From Eledone cirrhosa (lineage: Eukaryota): a DNA stretch of 64,000 nucleotides. The stretch is from positions 190,898,001 to 190,962,000 of the forward strand of contig OZ024740.1 of the NCBI GenBank assembly GCA_964016885.1, in the 5' to 3' direction. Positions 1 through 11,638 of the stretch are shown here, piece after piece (positions within the stretch are counted from its first letter, which is position 1; each line of letters starts with the position of its first letter). The translations under genes were made by a program, and so were the position numbers. The notes under the pieces were generated by a model. That model ran no database searches. It was not told where the DNA came from and saw nothing but the letters and a program-made list of their open reading frames with translations.

Positions 1-247
1 GTGTGTGTGTATGTAAAAGGTAAGCAGAAATGACAAGACAATCATTACAGTATATGGAAGGAATATCTTAGGTTTATGCGTTACCGACGGTAATCTTTCA
101 TCGTAAGAAAGAATGAGAAATTAGAAAGATTGTAGGGACGGGTAAGGCAGAATCGGAAAAAGATTTTGTCGAAAAATTAACAGGTCGATTCATGTTGCCA
201 TCTCTTGGACACACTGCAACACCCCCCCCCCCACACACACGTGTATG

Positions 248-281
<34 letters not shown>

Positions 282-385
282 AACGGGATAAATGAAACGA
301 AATTTCATTTCCCACTCTTAGAACGGGTGTTACTTAAATATAAGTATCCACACGTACATACATATATGTATAAAGACGTACAGTA

Positions 386-438
<53 letters not shown>

Positions 439-578
439 CATGCACACATATATACATGCACGTATGGATTCACCGAACATTTATTATAATGCTCGTTGTG
501 TTTGTAAACATACATCCCTTATTAAGCAGTAGTGTCTAGCAACCATCGTTGCTCGTTTGTTCAACACTGACAAAGGAA

Positions 579-619
579 CGCTGTACTAGTTTCAAGCTTA
601 TTAGCTATCTTCAGCAACG
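579..619 (-). ncRNA. Type I hammerhead ribozyme (retrozyme-like copy 1)
   Basis: Minus strand reads CGTTG-CTGAAGA-T-AGCT-AATA-AGCT-T-GAAA-CTAG-TA-CAGCG. Complete core, stem I CGTTG/CAGCG, stem II AGCT/AGCT, palindromic stem III ACTAGT, GUA cleavage triplet. Confidence 0.9.
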
Positions 620-1053
620 TATACCTTCCTGCCAGATTGTTGAACGTATATACTTACCTTATGCATATTAACGGCTGAGTAGCTCAATTTGCATATCGAG
701 TGGGTTAATTGCTAGACACTACGGGTTAATACGGGATGTTTGTTTACAAACACACCGAGCATTATAATAAATGTTCGGTGAATCCATACGTGCATGTATA
801 TGTGTGCATGTATGTATATATATATATATACATACTACTGTACGTCTGTATACATATATGAATGTACGTGTGGATACTTATATTTAAGTAACAGCCGTAA
901 TAAGAGTGGGAAATTAAATTTCGTTTCATTTTTCCCGTTTATCATTTTAGGTGCACCCGGCCGATTAACCCACTCGATATGCAAATTGGGCTTATCGGCA
1001 GTTAATATGCATAAGGTAAGTATATACGTTCAACAATCTGGCAGGAAGGTATA

Positions 1054-1094
1054 CATTGCTGATGATAGCTAATAAGATTGAAACTAGTATAGCG
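1054..1094 (+). ncRNA. Type I hammerhead ribozyme (retrozyme-like copy 2)
   Basis: CATTG-CTGATGA-TAGCT-AATA-AGATT-GAAA-CTAG-TA-TAGCG. Core intact, with one mismatch in stem II and one in stem I. Confidence 0.8.
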
Positions 1095-1231
1095 TTCCTT
1101 TGGCAGTGTTGAACAAACGAGCAACGATGGTTGCTAGACACTACGGCTTAATACGGGATGTTTGTTTACAAACACACCGAGCATTATAATAAATGTTCGG
1201 TGAATCCATACGTGCATGTAAATATGTGTGC

Positions 1232-1282
<51 letters not shown>

Positions 1283-1501
1283 CTACTGTACGTCTGTATA
1301 CATATATGTATGTACGTGTGGATACTTATATTTAAGTAACAGCCGTACTAAGAGTTGGAAATGAAATTTCGTTTCATTTTTCCCATTTATCGTTTTCGGT
1401 GCACCCGGCCGATTAACCCACTCGATATGCAAATTGGGCTACTCAGCCGTTAATATACATACGGTAAGTATATAGGTTCAACTATCTGGCAGTGAGGTAT
1501 A

Positions 1502-1542
1502 CCTTGCTGACGATAGCTAATAAGCTTGAAACTAGTACAGCG
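1502..1542 (+). ncRNA. Type I hammerhead ribozyme (retrozyme-like copy 3)
   Basis: CCTTG-CTGACGA-TAGCT-AATA-AGCTT-GAAA-CTAG-TA-CAGCG. Core, stem II and stem III intact. Confidence 0.88.
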
Positions 1543-1746
1543 TTCCTTTGTCAGTGTTGAACAAATGAGCAACGATGGTTGTTAGACACTACGGCTTAAT
1601 ATGGGATGTTTGTTTACAAACACACCGAGCATTATAATAAATGTTCGGTGAATCCATACGTGCATGTATATATGTGTGCATGTATTTATATATATATACA
1701 TACTGCTGTACGCCTGTATACATATATGTATGTACGTGTGGATACT

Positions 1747-1842
<96 letters not shown>

Positions 1843-2236
1843 GACATACATACATATATATATTCATATTGTTCAATATACAGAGTTAATTTCGTGATAC
1901 CAATATATTTCAGATCTAAAGGGTATTTTTTAGCTATTGTGTTTCATTATACGATGTACTAAACAGAACTCGTGTATATTCATTCCATTCACCATTGCAT
2001 ATTCAGCATACGTCTTGTCGTGCTGACGTGTAGTTTGATTGTCGTATGTAGAAATGTGTATGCTTTTTAATGACAAGAAAATGCCCATGGCAGTACGATT
2101 CCCCTGTTTTTTTTTTCTATTATCCCACACAATTTCATAGAAGTTACATATCATTTGTAATCTTTCCTCATCTTTAATACCGAAGCTAGATGATTCGTGG
2201 ATTATGATTGCGAAACATATAATTATAGATTGTATT

Positions 2237-2271
2237 ACTAGTAGTAGTAGTAGTAGTATTAGTAGTAGTAT

Positions 2272-2327
<56 letters not shown>

Positions 2328-2380
2328 ATAGTATTGGTGGTGGTGGTGGTGGTGGTGGCGGCGGTGGTGGTAGTAGTAGC

Positions 2381-2433
<53 letters not shown>
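2237..2433. repeat. Compound microsatellite (TAG)n-(GGT)n-(TAG)n
   Basis: Read directly. It explains the poly-Ser/Gly ORF 2204-2455. Confidence 0.95.
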
Positions 2434-3742
2434 CTTCTCAAGTTATATCACCTAAATATAAGCAAGTATTCGCAAAGAAATGTTGTTGATATATTCGCTA
2501 GGGTAATCTCGACGTACGCAGTTTATCATCAAAACCTTTAATGAAATTATCGTTATCCTAAAGTATCATTGTGTGCGCACACGAATAATTATTTGAACGT
2601 TTATGAATGAAATATTCGCTAGAATATTATCATTAAACGTCATAAATATAAAGGCCGGTGTAAGTTTTATCATATTTATATTATGAATACGACTGGTAGG
2701 GATTGCATTATCTCATAAATATTTACTTACATAGATGAACACGCTGCGTAACGCTGGGTGACATAGAAAAAATATGTTATCCTGTTTATTTTCTTCCCTC
2801 ACGTGTGTTCGTACTGAAAGAGAGATAGTTCAGGAAAGAGAGGTAAGTGGCGTAAATCAGAATGTACGGTAAAAGTACAACAGCTCATTATATGGAAACC
2901 TATAGTAAATGTTTTCACAACGCCGATGTGGGGAGATTAATAGAATATTTGCTGCTAGACAAAAGATGATAACCTGTAATATAGATAAATTATATTGTGT
3001 CCCATATTTCTACATATATTCTCATAAATATTATAAATGTAATATCGTACCAAGCAATAAAAGCTATGAAGAGAAGCTTTTTTTTTTTCCAATAGAATGA
3101 TTAGAACTTTAACTGAAACAATTCATATCATCAAATAATTATATTTAAATTATTTATGACAACACCTCGTATAAATGTATTTGAGAAATCTTCAATCACA
3201 ATATCTTTTATACACTTTCAAAATTTAATAATATTTTCTTCGCTAACATGAAGTGATAATCATTAGATGAAGTGATATAACGTAGGTAATTTCATTATAT
3301 AGGCACGTGTAAGTGTGAATTTATGTAAGTATGGGCATATATACTTATGCAGAGGGACGACATGTTTGCTGCACTTTAAAACTTTTCTCTCTAATTATTA
3401 TTACAAAACATCAAGACAGAAAACTTTTGTGATACTCCCTAAATATTAATGTCATATAAAATACATAATATCATATATTTCTGTATACTTTCAGATGTAT
3501 ATAAATTTATAAATGTGTGTATATGTATATATATATATTTCCTCTAATTTTGTAATTCGATAAATAGTTCTGGTTATCGAGTTATTTTAATTAATTTGAT
3601 TATTTCAGATCTTTCGGTCATGAAGTAAAACTGGTTAAAGGAGGCACCACACACACACACACGTATTCATATATACACATACATATATACATACATACAT
3701 ATATAGAAAGATTTGAATGGTTACAGTTTAGTTGAAAGGAAT

Positions 3743-4050
3743 TTATTGACACGTGTTTCTATAACAGTTACATAACCTGAAAACAGCTGCTATCTACAAA
3801 GTATTAGTTATGCAGACAATCAATATTTCAATGTTATTATTTACTGATTGGCAGTATCGGTAGAGAGTCGGACGCCATGCTTTCCAGCATAGTTACGTCC
3901 CTTTACGATCTGAGTTCAAATCCCGCCGAGGTTGACTTTGCCTTTCATCCTTACGGGGTCGATAAAATAAAGTACCAGTAATGCACTGGATAATTGCTGG
4001 CCTTGTGCCTAAAGTAGAAACAATTATTTACTGTCATTTCATCAGAATAA
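3743..4050 (-). ncRNA. Second copy of the large-loop hammerhead (3' pLTR) with a SINE inserted in loop II
   Basis: Same stems and core as 6205-6325, interrupted by the SINE at 3847-4022. Confidence 0.7.
3847..4022 (+). mobile_element. tRNA-derived SINE (family A)
   Basis: A-box-like TGGCAGTATCGGTAGAG, B-box GAGTTCAAATCC, central GCCTTTCATCCTTACGGGGTCGATAAAATAAAGTACCAG. 11-bp TSD ATTATTTACTG at 3836-3846 and 4023-4033. Confidence 0.92.
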
Positions 4051-4585
4051 TATTACTGGGGACCTGTTTGGTTTTTATAGAGAATATTAGGAGAGAGAGG
4101 TGAAGTTGTTAGAAGAATAGTTGAGGGAGTGGTTTTTTGATAGCAGTGAGAAGTTTTGGTGGCAGTGAGTAATTAGATTCCCATCTGTTGTTTTGACATT
4201 TTTATAGAATATATTATTGGTTATTTTTCTAAATCTATAGAGGGATTAGAGATAGTAAAGATATGCGTGGTTGGTTTTGTGTTTGCACTTAATTAATATT
4301 CAGACTTAACTTTTTTCTTTCCAGTGTACGTATCCTTTCACCCACGCATTCTCACACAAACATAGTTGCACCCCTCTACAAAATACAGATACTCACATTC
4401 ACATAGTAACATTTTCATACTTACATACATATACACATGCATACATATATATATACACACATGTATTCATGTACATACATACGCGTTCATGTGTGTACAT
4501 TTTCATACTCAACTTATCTTTATATACACACGTATAGACACACACATATATACATACATACTCTAGTCTATGTGTATATATATAC

Positions 4586-4640
<55 letters not shown>

Positions 4641-4914
4641 CATTTTAATACATGAATACACTTACATCTAACTATACACATCAAACATATATATATTTAC
4701 TTATTTATATACATTTTCACATATATATACATACTTATGGTCGCTTTTAGACACATTCATTATCGCATTTGTGCACATATTCTCATCAGCATATCTTTCC
4801 ATTATTAGTGCGGTAATTTGAGGTTATTAATATACATATATATGTTGAGAAGAAATTGTTTTTATATTTTTCTAACTAGATTGAGGTTTATATAGTTGGG
4901 GGGATGTCCCTCTT

Positions 4915-6000
4915 TTATGTAATATTCGGCTTGTAGTGGGAAAAAAGGGTTTTAGTTCGGTGACGGCAAAATAATGTTCGTTCAATTCTGTTATTCAGCA
5001 ATTTCTTCTTGTGTGTGATTATGTAATAAATCTCAAGATTACACAATTTGCAGAAATGTTGGCTCCTGGAAAAGCTTTGGGTTTTAGCTAAATTCTCCCA
5101 TTTTAGGGTAAACTTTTGATCGCTATCCCTGAGCGTCCAAGCTTTTTCTGCTAAAGTTGTTACATTTCTTTGGCTCTGGTGTTTTATTGAGTAAGAATGC
5201 CTATATAATCGAGATTTAAACGATGTTGCCGTTGATCCCACGTAATACCACTCGTTGCCTCCGGATTTAATGGTACACTTATAAACAATATTTTTTTCCA
5301 GGCAGTTATTGCCGAGGGGGCAGTTGTCAGGATAGGTGCAGTTACAGTTGTGTACGTTGGGTTTTCTCTGGAGTAGTATTGCGGACGAACTTAAGTGTGG
5401 TTTATTTATGTTCTGTAGTGTATTGTCTACTGTTTTTTTGTGTTCTTTGTACTTAGGTTTTTAGTGTTTTCGTTTAACCTTCTAGTATTGATCTGTTTTA
5501 TGTGTTGTTCAAGGTTTAACGCTGTAGAGTATGACAGTCTTATAGTGGTAGGGTTTAGGATTTTGTGGTGGTATTTGTTTGATGTAGGAAAATGTCTCTT
5601 AATTATTTTAAAGAAGAGTACTGGTAAATTTGTACTAATGGAACTATTGTATTCGGGGTTATACCATAAGTACTCTTTGCATCGCTTTCTATTAGTTTTT
5701 CTGTAATTTGTTGTTGGTGTTACGTCCTTTGAATTTAATTTTAAGGATTAAGTTCATAAGGTCCTGCTCAAATGCATCTAATAGTGGGTTGGTGGGTGGG
5801 TTTTTACACGTTCTAAAGCCGAATTTGTTGTTTACACCACTTTCTAATGGTGAGTTCATACGGCTTCTATCATAGTGGAACGTTTTACACCTGACACGTC
5901 AAATGAATTCATTAGTTTTTTGAATCATACTCAACAAGTATTCCTTTTTACCTTGGGTTGGTATGTTTTTGAGTGACATATCCAGGTAGTGTTTTTCCAT
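4915..6000 (-). pseudogene. Naiad-like Penelope ORF remnant: N-terminus joined to linker and GIY-YIG endonuclease, RT core deleted near 5725
   Basis: Manual translation: MEKHYLDMSLKNIPTQGKKEYL..., NKFGFRTCKNPP..DAFEQDL, then LWYNPEYN, NCNCTYPDNCPLGNNCLEKNIVYKC, YYVGSTATSFKSRLYRH, CKLCNLE, CRHR. Confidence 0.85.
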
Positions 6001-6204
6001 TGTTGTGGTTGCGTTTGCTGTGTGGGTTGCTCGACTTTACAGGAGGTAAATATACAGTATTTTCCGTTGTGTTGTTATATAAATATTACACACAGTAGAT
6101 TGACAGCTCACGTAGAGTTTGCTCGACGGTTCCAGTTGAAATTCCAAAAGCAATCCGGAGAAAAATAGAAAGATTTGAATGGATAAAGTTTAGTAGAAAG
6201 GAAT

Positions 6205-6325
6205 TTATTGACACGTGTTTCTATAACAGTTACATAACCTGAAAACAGCTGCTATCTACAAAGTATTAGTTATGCAAACAATCAATATTTCAATGTTATT
6301 ATTTACTGTCATTTCATCAGAATAA
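6205..6325 (-). ncRNA. Type I hammerhead ribozyme with very large loop II, in the 5' pLTR
   Basis: Minus strand: TTATT-CTGATGA-AATGACAGT-(~80 nt)-ACTGTTATA-GAAA-CACGTG-TC-AATAA. 5-bp stem I, 8-bp stem II, palindromic stem III ACACGTGT, GUC triplet. Confidence 0.82.
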
Positions 6326-7545
6326 TATTACTGAGGACCTGTTTGGTTTTTATAGAGAATATTAGGAGAGAGGAGTGTAATATTTATATTACAACACAAC
6401 GGAAAATACTGTATACATACATATATATATATATATATGTATGTATATATGTATGTGTATATATGAATACGTGTGTGTGTGTGGTGCCTCCTTTAACCAG
6501 TTTAACTTGATGTACATATATGTGTACATATATGTGTGTGTGTGTGTGTGTGTTACATTATTATATTATCCGAAACTCCCCTATGTTCCGTTCACCCGAG
6601 AGTGTACGAACTGCTTTCTCTATCAAATACGACATTCACCTTATGTCCACATTACTACCCGTCTGTGACCTCTGTATCCTTTTCACTTACTACAAATGAA
6701 ACAGTCCTTTTTCTCGACCGATGTATCACGTGTTAATTCCTCCCTCCGCCTATGAAGATTGTCTCACTTGTTACAAACACGTCATGAAAGCAGTCCGTTT
6801 TTTAGGTGTCTCTTGAAAACCTGATGTGACTCACAACGATGGTACATTTTTTTATAATGCACTTTGTGGCATATGGATTATCGAAACTGCAGTCACAACT
6901 TTGAAGAAAATATGGGTATATTTGAGTCTATTATTCCCTCTTCCTCTGTATTTCTTCCTATATACACATGGATAAATACTCGAATATAGAACAAATCGAT
7001 TCATCAAGAGGTGTGTCACTCTAGAGACTTAAAATGCATGTTAACCATCTGTTTTGAACATGTGAATTAATTAAACATACTCTCACAAATGATGCCGACA
7101 ATTTCGTTATGTCTTAACATGTGTGTTTTCATTCATAAATACTATCAAAACAAGTGCAAATGAAATATATTATTCTCACCTCTACCTATTTATATTACAG
7201 ATTGCTGATTCTCATAAACAAATCGGGCTATTCACTAACGATATGATTGATATTATAATGGTTTATCATGTAAAAGTTAAAACTTACATATATTATATTA
7301 ACTTTGTGGAATGAAATGCTATAAAATAATATTTGTGTACAGGATCAACATATTCTGCACCGATTTATTTCACACTTTCAAGAACAAATTACAAACAGAA
7401 AACAACAAGCTAGTTTAATACCGTATCAGTTGTGAGTTTATTATTCCTTTTTGTGGAGACAAAGGTTTGTATGAGTCGAGTGGAATATGAGTGGAAAGTG
7501 AATGTTAAATGTAGAATTAAAATTAGAATTGCCCTAATCAGGGAA

Positions 7546-7614
<69 letters not shown>

Positions 7615-7732
7615 TTCCGAAGAGGTCATTTTGGTAAAGACAGGAGCATCATACGTAGTTTGCAGTTACGATGGAGATTCAGTATAATTCAGTATAATAA
7701 TAACTCTAATAAAGATACTGATGTTACATACA

Positions 7733-8061
7733 TCGGTTATTACTTATAATTATTTCAACGGTTCTCCCATGCAATCAAGAGGTAATTGATGTATTTTTTG
7801 TTGTATTAGAATGGTATCCTCAGACGAAATTCGATTTCCGGATATGCCGCCGTCAAAAAAATACATACGACCTTTTGTTCGTGCGTCCAGCAGACGACAT
7901 CTGGACACACAGAGCAAAAGGACGTGTGATTTTCCTCCCGACGGCGTAACACAAAATCGAATTTCATCTGTGTATGGCACTCTAATACAACAAGAAATGT
8001 ATGAATTATATCTTCATTGCATGAGAGAACCATTGAAATATTTATAAGGAATAAACGGTAT
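7733..8061. repeat. Imperfect ~330-bp foldback (palindrome/MITE-like)
   Basis: Arms pair throughout, e.g. TATTTCAACGGTTCTCCCATGCAAT vs ATTGCATGAGAGAACCATTGAAATA. Centre near 7895 (GTCCAG...CTGGAC). Confidence 0.85.
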
Positions 8062-9835
8062 TTATTTTTATCATTCTATAAATATATATACAGAATATAT
8101 ATATATATATATATATCTATATATATATATATATATACCCACTTCAAGAGTAACCAATCTTAAGGAGAGGGATGGAGATAGGAGAGGAGATAGGAGGTGA
8201 GAGATTGGTGAATTAGTTAGAAGCCAAAGCGTAAAAACATGTGTTCAATGTGCAATATGCGGTGGAAGGCAGATAGGTGGCTGGATTCATGCAGAGGTTA
8301 GGTGCACAGAGCTGGTAATATTCATTAGTTAAGCAAAACAAGACCACCTATTTCACAAGGAAGAGATTATTAAAATATTGTCAACATAGTTTAGTTTGAT
8401 GTAAGGAACGTAGAGAATAATAATAAATAATAATAATATTAATAATGATAATGTCCATTTACAATTGTTTTGCAACTCCATATAATATTTCTGGATCATA
8501 TGATTATATATCATTATTGATCTGGTTCAGTTGAAAATAATTAACATAGGTAGAAATAGAGCAGCTCATCGGAACTTCAAAAGGAATATAAATTAAAATA
8601 AGGAAATGATGTTACATAAATGTAATGTTCCATATGTTGGTATTTCACTATGATATCCTGGGTATATCAATTGTCGGCCATAGTGGAGCACTATTCTTCT
8701 GTCGAGGCTGCATTCTGTGAGATCTGCCTATGGGTGACAAGATAGTCGACAATGAACATATTTAACTTACTAATTAGAGGGTGGTTTCAGGGGAAGTAAC
8801 TCCTCGAGAGATTAGAAATTGTGGGTAGTTTATAGTTAAGTGCTATTTTTTTTAATTCAGAGACAATGTTAGGGAGGTAACTTATAATTATCAAAGTTAG
8901 TTGTAGCTATTTAACTTATTAGCTACAAGTAAATATGGGGACCATTTTCTATAGAAACGAGAAACGCGCTCTGTCACTGTATCCGTTGGAAATATGAATC
9001 CTAATGTTATATAGTCTAATATTTAGCATATACTAACTTAAGTCCTTCAAATGAACAGCAAGCATCAATATCTGTTAGTAGAAATGAATGAAAGAAATGT
9101 ATTGCAGGAAGATATAGGACAAATCAAGCTTACCAGTTTAAAATCCTCGAAATCAAGAATATATATCAACATTTTCCAATGCAATGGTTGTATTTTAGAT
9201 TTGTTGTCATATATTTTAGTGAATCCTCTAAATGTAAATACGTTGTGCATTTCAAAGATTGGAATCATGTTAAAATGGAAAGTACCTGATAGTAAGTGCC
9301 AATGTTCTGACATATTTCATTCAGAGCTAGAATGTAATTGACAGTAAACGTAAATATTTGACTCCGATTGCTATTAGTGGTTAAAACAAAGCTTCCTCAT
9401 AATACGCCCCAAGATGGCACCTAGATAACTCTACCTTTCAGCGCCTCGTCAAAGCGATTTCCCGTACGTTGTTAACATCGTAGGATTGGCTGTCAAATTC
9501 GGCCAGAACATTCTGTTCGAATATAGGATTATTAGCAATAGAATTATTATCAATATTTAATATTACTATATTGAAACATGGTTGATTGTCAAAGCCTTTA
9601 AAGCATCAAACAGAATGGCTTGCATTTATAATTGGACGTCGTAAGTAATGTTTCGATTCAACTACGAAATAGGAGGGTCACGCACTACAACCACAATAAA
9701 ACACACGGACATATATAAATATATGTGTGTATGTGTGTATGAGTGTGCGTGAGTCTACGATTATATGCACATACTCTCTCACAAACATTCATATATATAG
9801 AGAGAGAGAGCAAATATTTATTAAAATAACAGATT

Positions 9836-10434
9836 AAAGTTAAAACGATCAAAGGTTAGTTTAGAACATTTATTAGCTGACAATTGGTTCTTTCAGAGGG
9901 AATTCTGGTTTCCTCGGAGCGTAAGGAATGTCGAAAACGTGTAACTAGAATCCTAGTCATTTAGAACATTTAGGGTACATAGTTGTTATTAGTGTCAAAG
10001 GCATCATGAGGAGATTCAGGAGTTAATGACTGTTCCGCTTGAAATAACACAAATACAGGCAGCACTGGTTGGAAGTGTAATATGTATAAGTAACAGTAAA
10101 AACACAAGCAAAAATATCACAGGCTTGTGTTGTTTTTTTTTGCTTGTGATTTTTTGGCTTGTGCTTTTTTACTTTTACTTATACCTATTACACTTCCACC
10201 CAGTGCTTCCTGTAATTCTGTTATTTCAAGCGGAACATCTTTTTAACTCCTGAATTTCAACATGATGCCTTTGACGCTAATAACAATTATGTACCCTAAA
10301 TGTTCTAAGTAACTCGGATTCTAGTTACACTTTTTTGACATTCCTTATTCTCCGATGATTCCAGACTTCCATCTGGAAGAAGCAATTTTCAGCTAATAAA
10401 TGTTCTAAACTGAAATTTGATCGTTTTAACACTT
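9836..10434. repeat. Imperfect ~600-bp foldback
   Basis: TTAGAACATTTAGGGTACATA pairs with TATGTACCCTAAATGTTCTAA, and TGTTCCGCTTGAAATAAC with GTTATTTCAAGCGGAACA. Centre near 10133. Confidence 0.9.
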
Positions 10435-10624
10435 TGTATATATATATATATATATATATAAATATAGAGATACATTTGCTAAATTATTATTTAAAACATA
10501 AAATTCCAGAAGACTGGAAATAACATTTATTGCATAAAACGAACACGTGTTTCATCGTATGTATTACATATTAGTTTAGGATCGCTACTGTCTATTTGAA
10601 GCAAATTAAACCAAATACAACTAC

Positions 10625-11480
10625 TAAAAGGAATTCAAGCCACGTGCTAGAACTCAATTGGAATTTGAAGACATATCCATATGTGTACATCATTTGATGA
10701 CACACATAGATATTTTATCGGGCAAAATAACAGAATGAAATCCAAGAAACAATCAATATTCATATATAAAAATAAACAAAGAGGGTCAAACCTTATATCG
10801 GGAAGTTCATATCCGTTGCACCAAGAGTAAATATATAAATACATTATCGGAGAAAGCTAATAGCGATACTCCGGCCAAATCCCAACTCATTCAACAAACA
10901 TTAGGAAATAATGAGTATATTCCTAATTAAACGTTCGGAGTGCTAACTAATTGTATTGTGTGGAAAATTGACTGTATTATTTCATATGAGATATATCAAA
11001 TATATCTCTTCCAAGACGGACGTCACGTTTCAGTATAAGATTCCTACAAGTTGGGTGAAATTATACTAATTTATGTAGAAGCTTGTATAAGATCAACAGA
11101 TACTTATTCAAGTGGGCTCTGATAATTCTTCAGTGGGTGCCTAATAACATTAATATTGATAATCAAATCAACATCAATATTTAGCGATAATCAACATCAG
11201 TGCTAGGTTGCTAGCCCAGCATTTCTAAAGAAATTCGCATACTGTCTCAAAAAAAGAGGAAGGAGAATTACCGCCAAAAATCAATACATGCGCAGGACAA
11301 TGAATTCTAAAAGGAATTCAAGCCGTGTGCTAGAACTCAATTGGAATTTGAAAAAATATCCATATGTGTACATCATTTGATGACACACATAGATATTTTC
11401 TCGGGCAAAATAACAGAATGAGATACAAGAAACAATCAATATTCATATATAAAACTAAACAAAGAGAGTCAAATCTTATA
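10625..11480. repeat. ~175-bp direct repeat pair (10625-10800 and 11307-11480), possible LTR/pLTR of a non-autonomous element
   Basis: CTAAAAGGAATTCAAGCC...CAAA(C/T)CTTATAT is present twice, about 680 bp apart. Confidence 0.8.
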
Positions 11481-11516
11481 TATAAATACATAGTAATAAT
11501 AATAAATTTGAATACT

Positions 11517-11572
11517 AAAGGGTGAAAGCAGCCATTCTTTGCTTAAACTTTAATCTGTTATTTCAATAAATA
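11517..11572 (+). repeat. Fragment of the Naiad-2 pLTR (3' half of its hammerhead)
   Basis: AAGGGTGAAAGCAGCCATTCTTTGCTTAAACTTTAATCTGTTATT matches ~21255-21300. Confidence 0.8.
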
Positions 11573-11598
11573 TATATAAATACATATATATATATATA

Positions 11599-11638
<40 letters not shown>

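Larger units (their letters stand above)
283..1750. mobile_element. Retrozyme-like non-coding repeat: one inverted unit (283-708, -) followed by ~2.4 tandem units (709-1750, +), each complete unit carrying a hammerhead ribozyme
   Basis: Unit start TGCTAGACACTACGG recurs at ~710, ~1132 and ~1581 (variant). 283-708 is the reverse complement of the unit. No real ORF. One HHR per unit. Flanked by (TA)n. Confidence 0.85.
3705..6415 (-). mobile_element. Penelope-like element (Naiad-like), internally deleted, with direct-repeat pseudo-LTRs at ~3705-4097 and ~6166-6372
   Basis: pLTR starting AGAAAGATTTGAATGG occurs at both ends. Decayed ORF between them. A short inverted segment at 6375-6413 mirrors ~6051-6090. 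Confidence 0.88.

Noticed and set aside
283-1750. CRISPR-like or ordinary satellite interpretation of the tandem repeat
   Set aside because: The units are ~450 bp with no unique spacers, the context is eukaryotic, and a hammerhead core in every complete unit explains it better.
9400-9646. Possible promoter or first exon ending at a GTAAGT donor
   Set aside because: No supportable ORF or partner exons; such motifs occur by chance.
9872-9950. HHR-like CTGACAA...GAAAACGTGTA in the foldback arm
   Set aside because: The core is defective in both arms (CTGACAA/CTGAAAA, GAAA/AAAA) and stem II is unconvincing.
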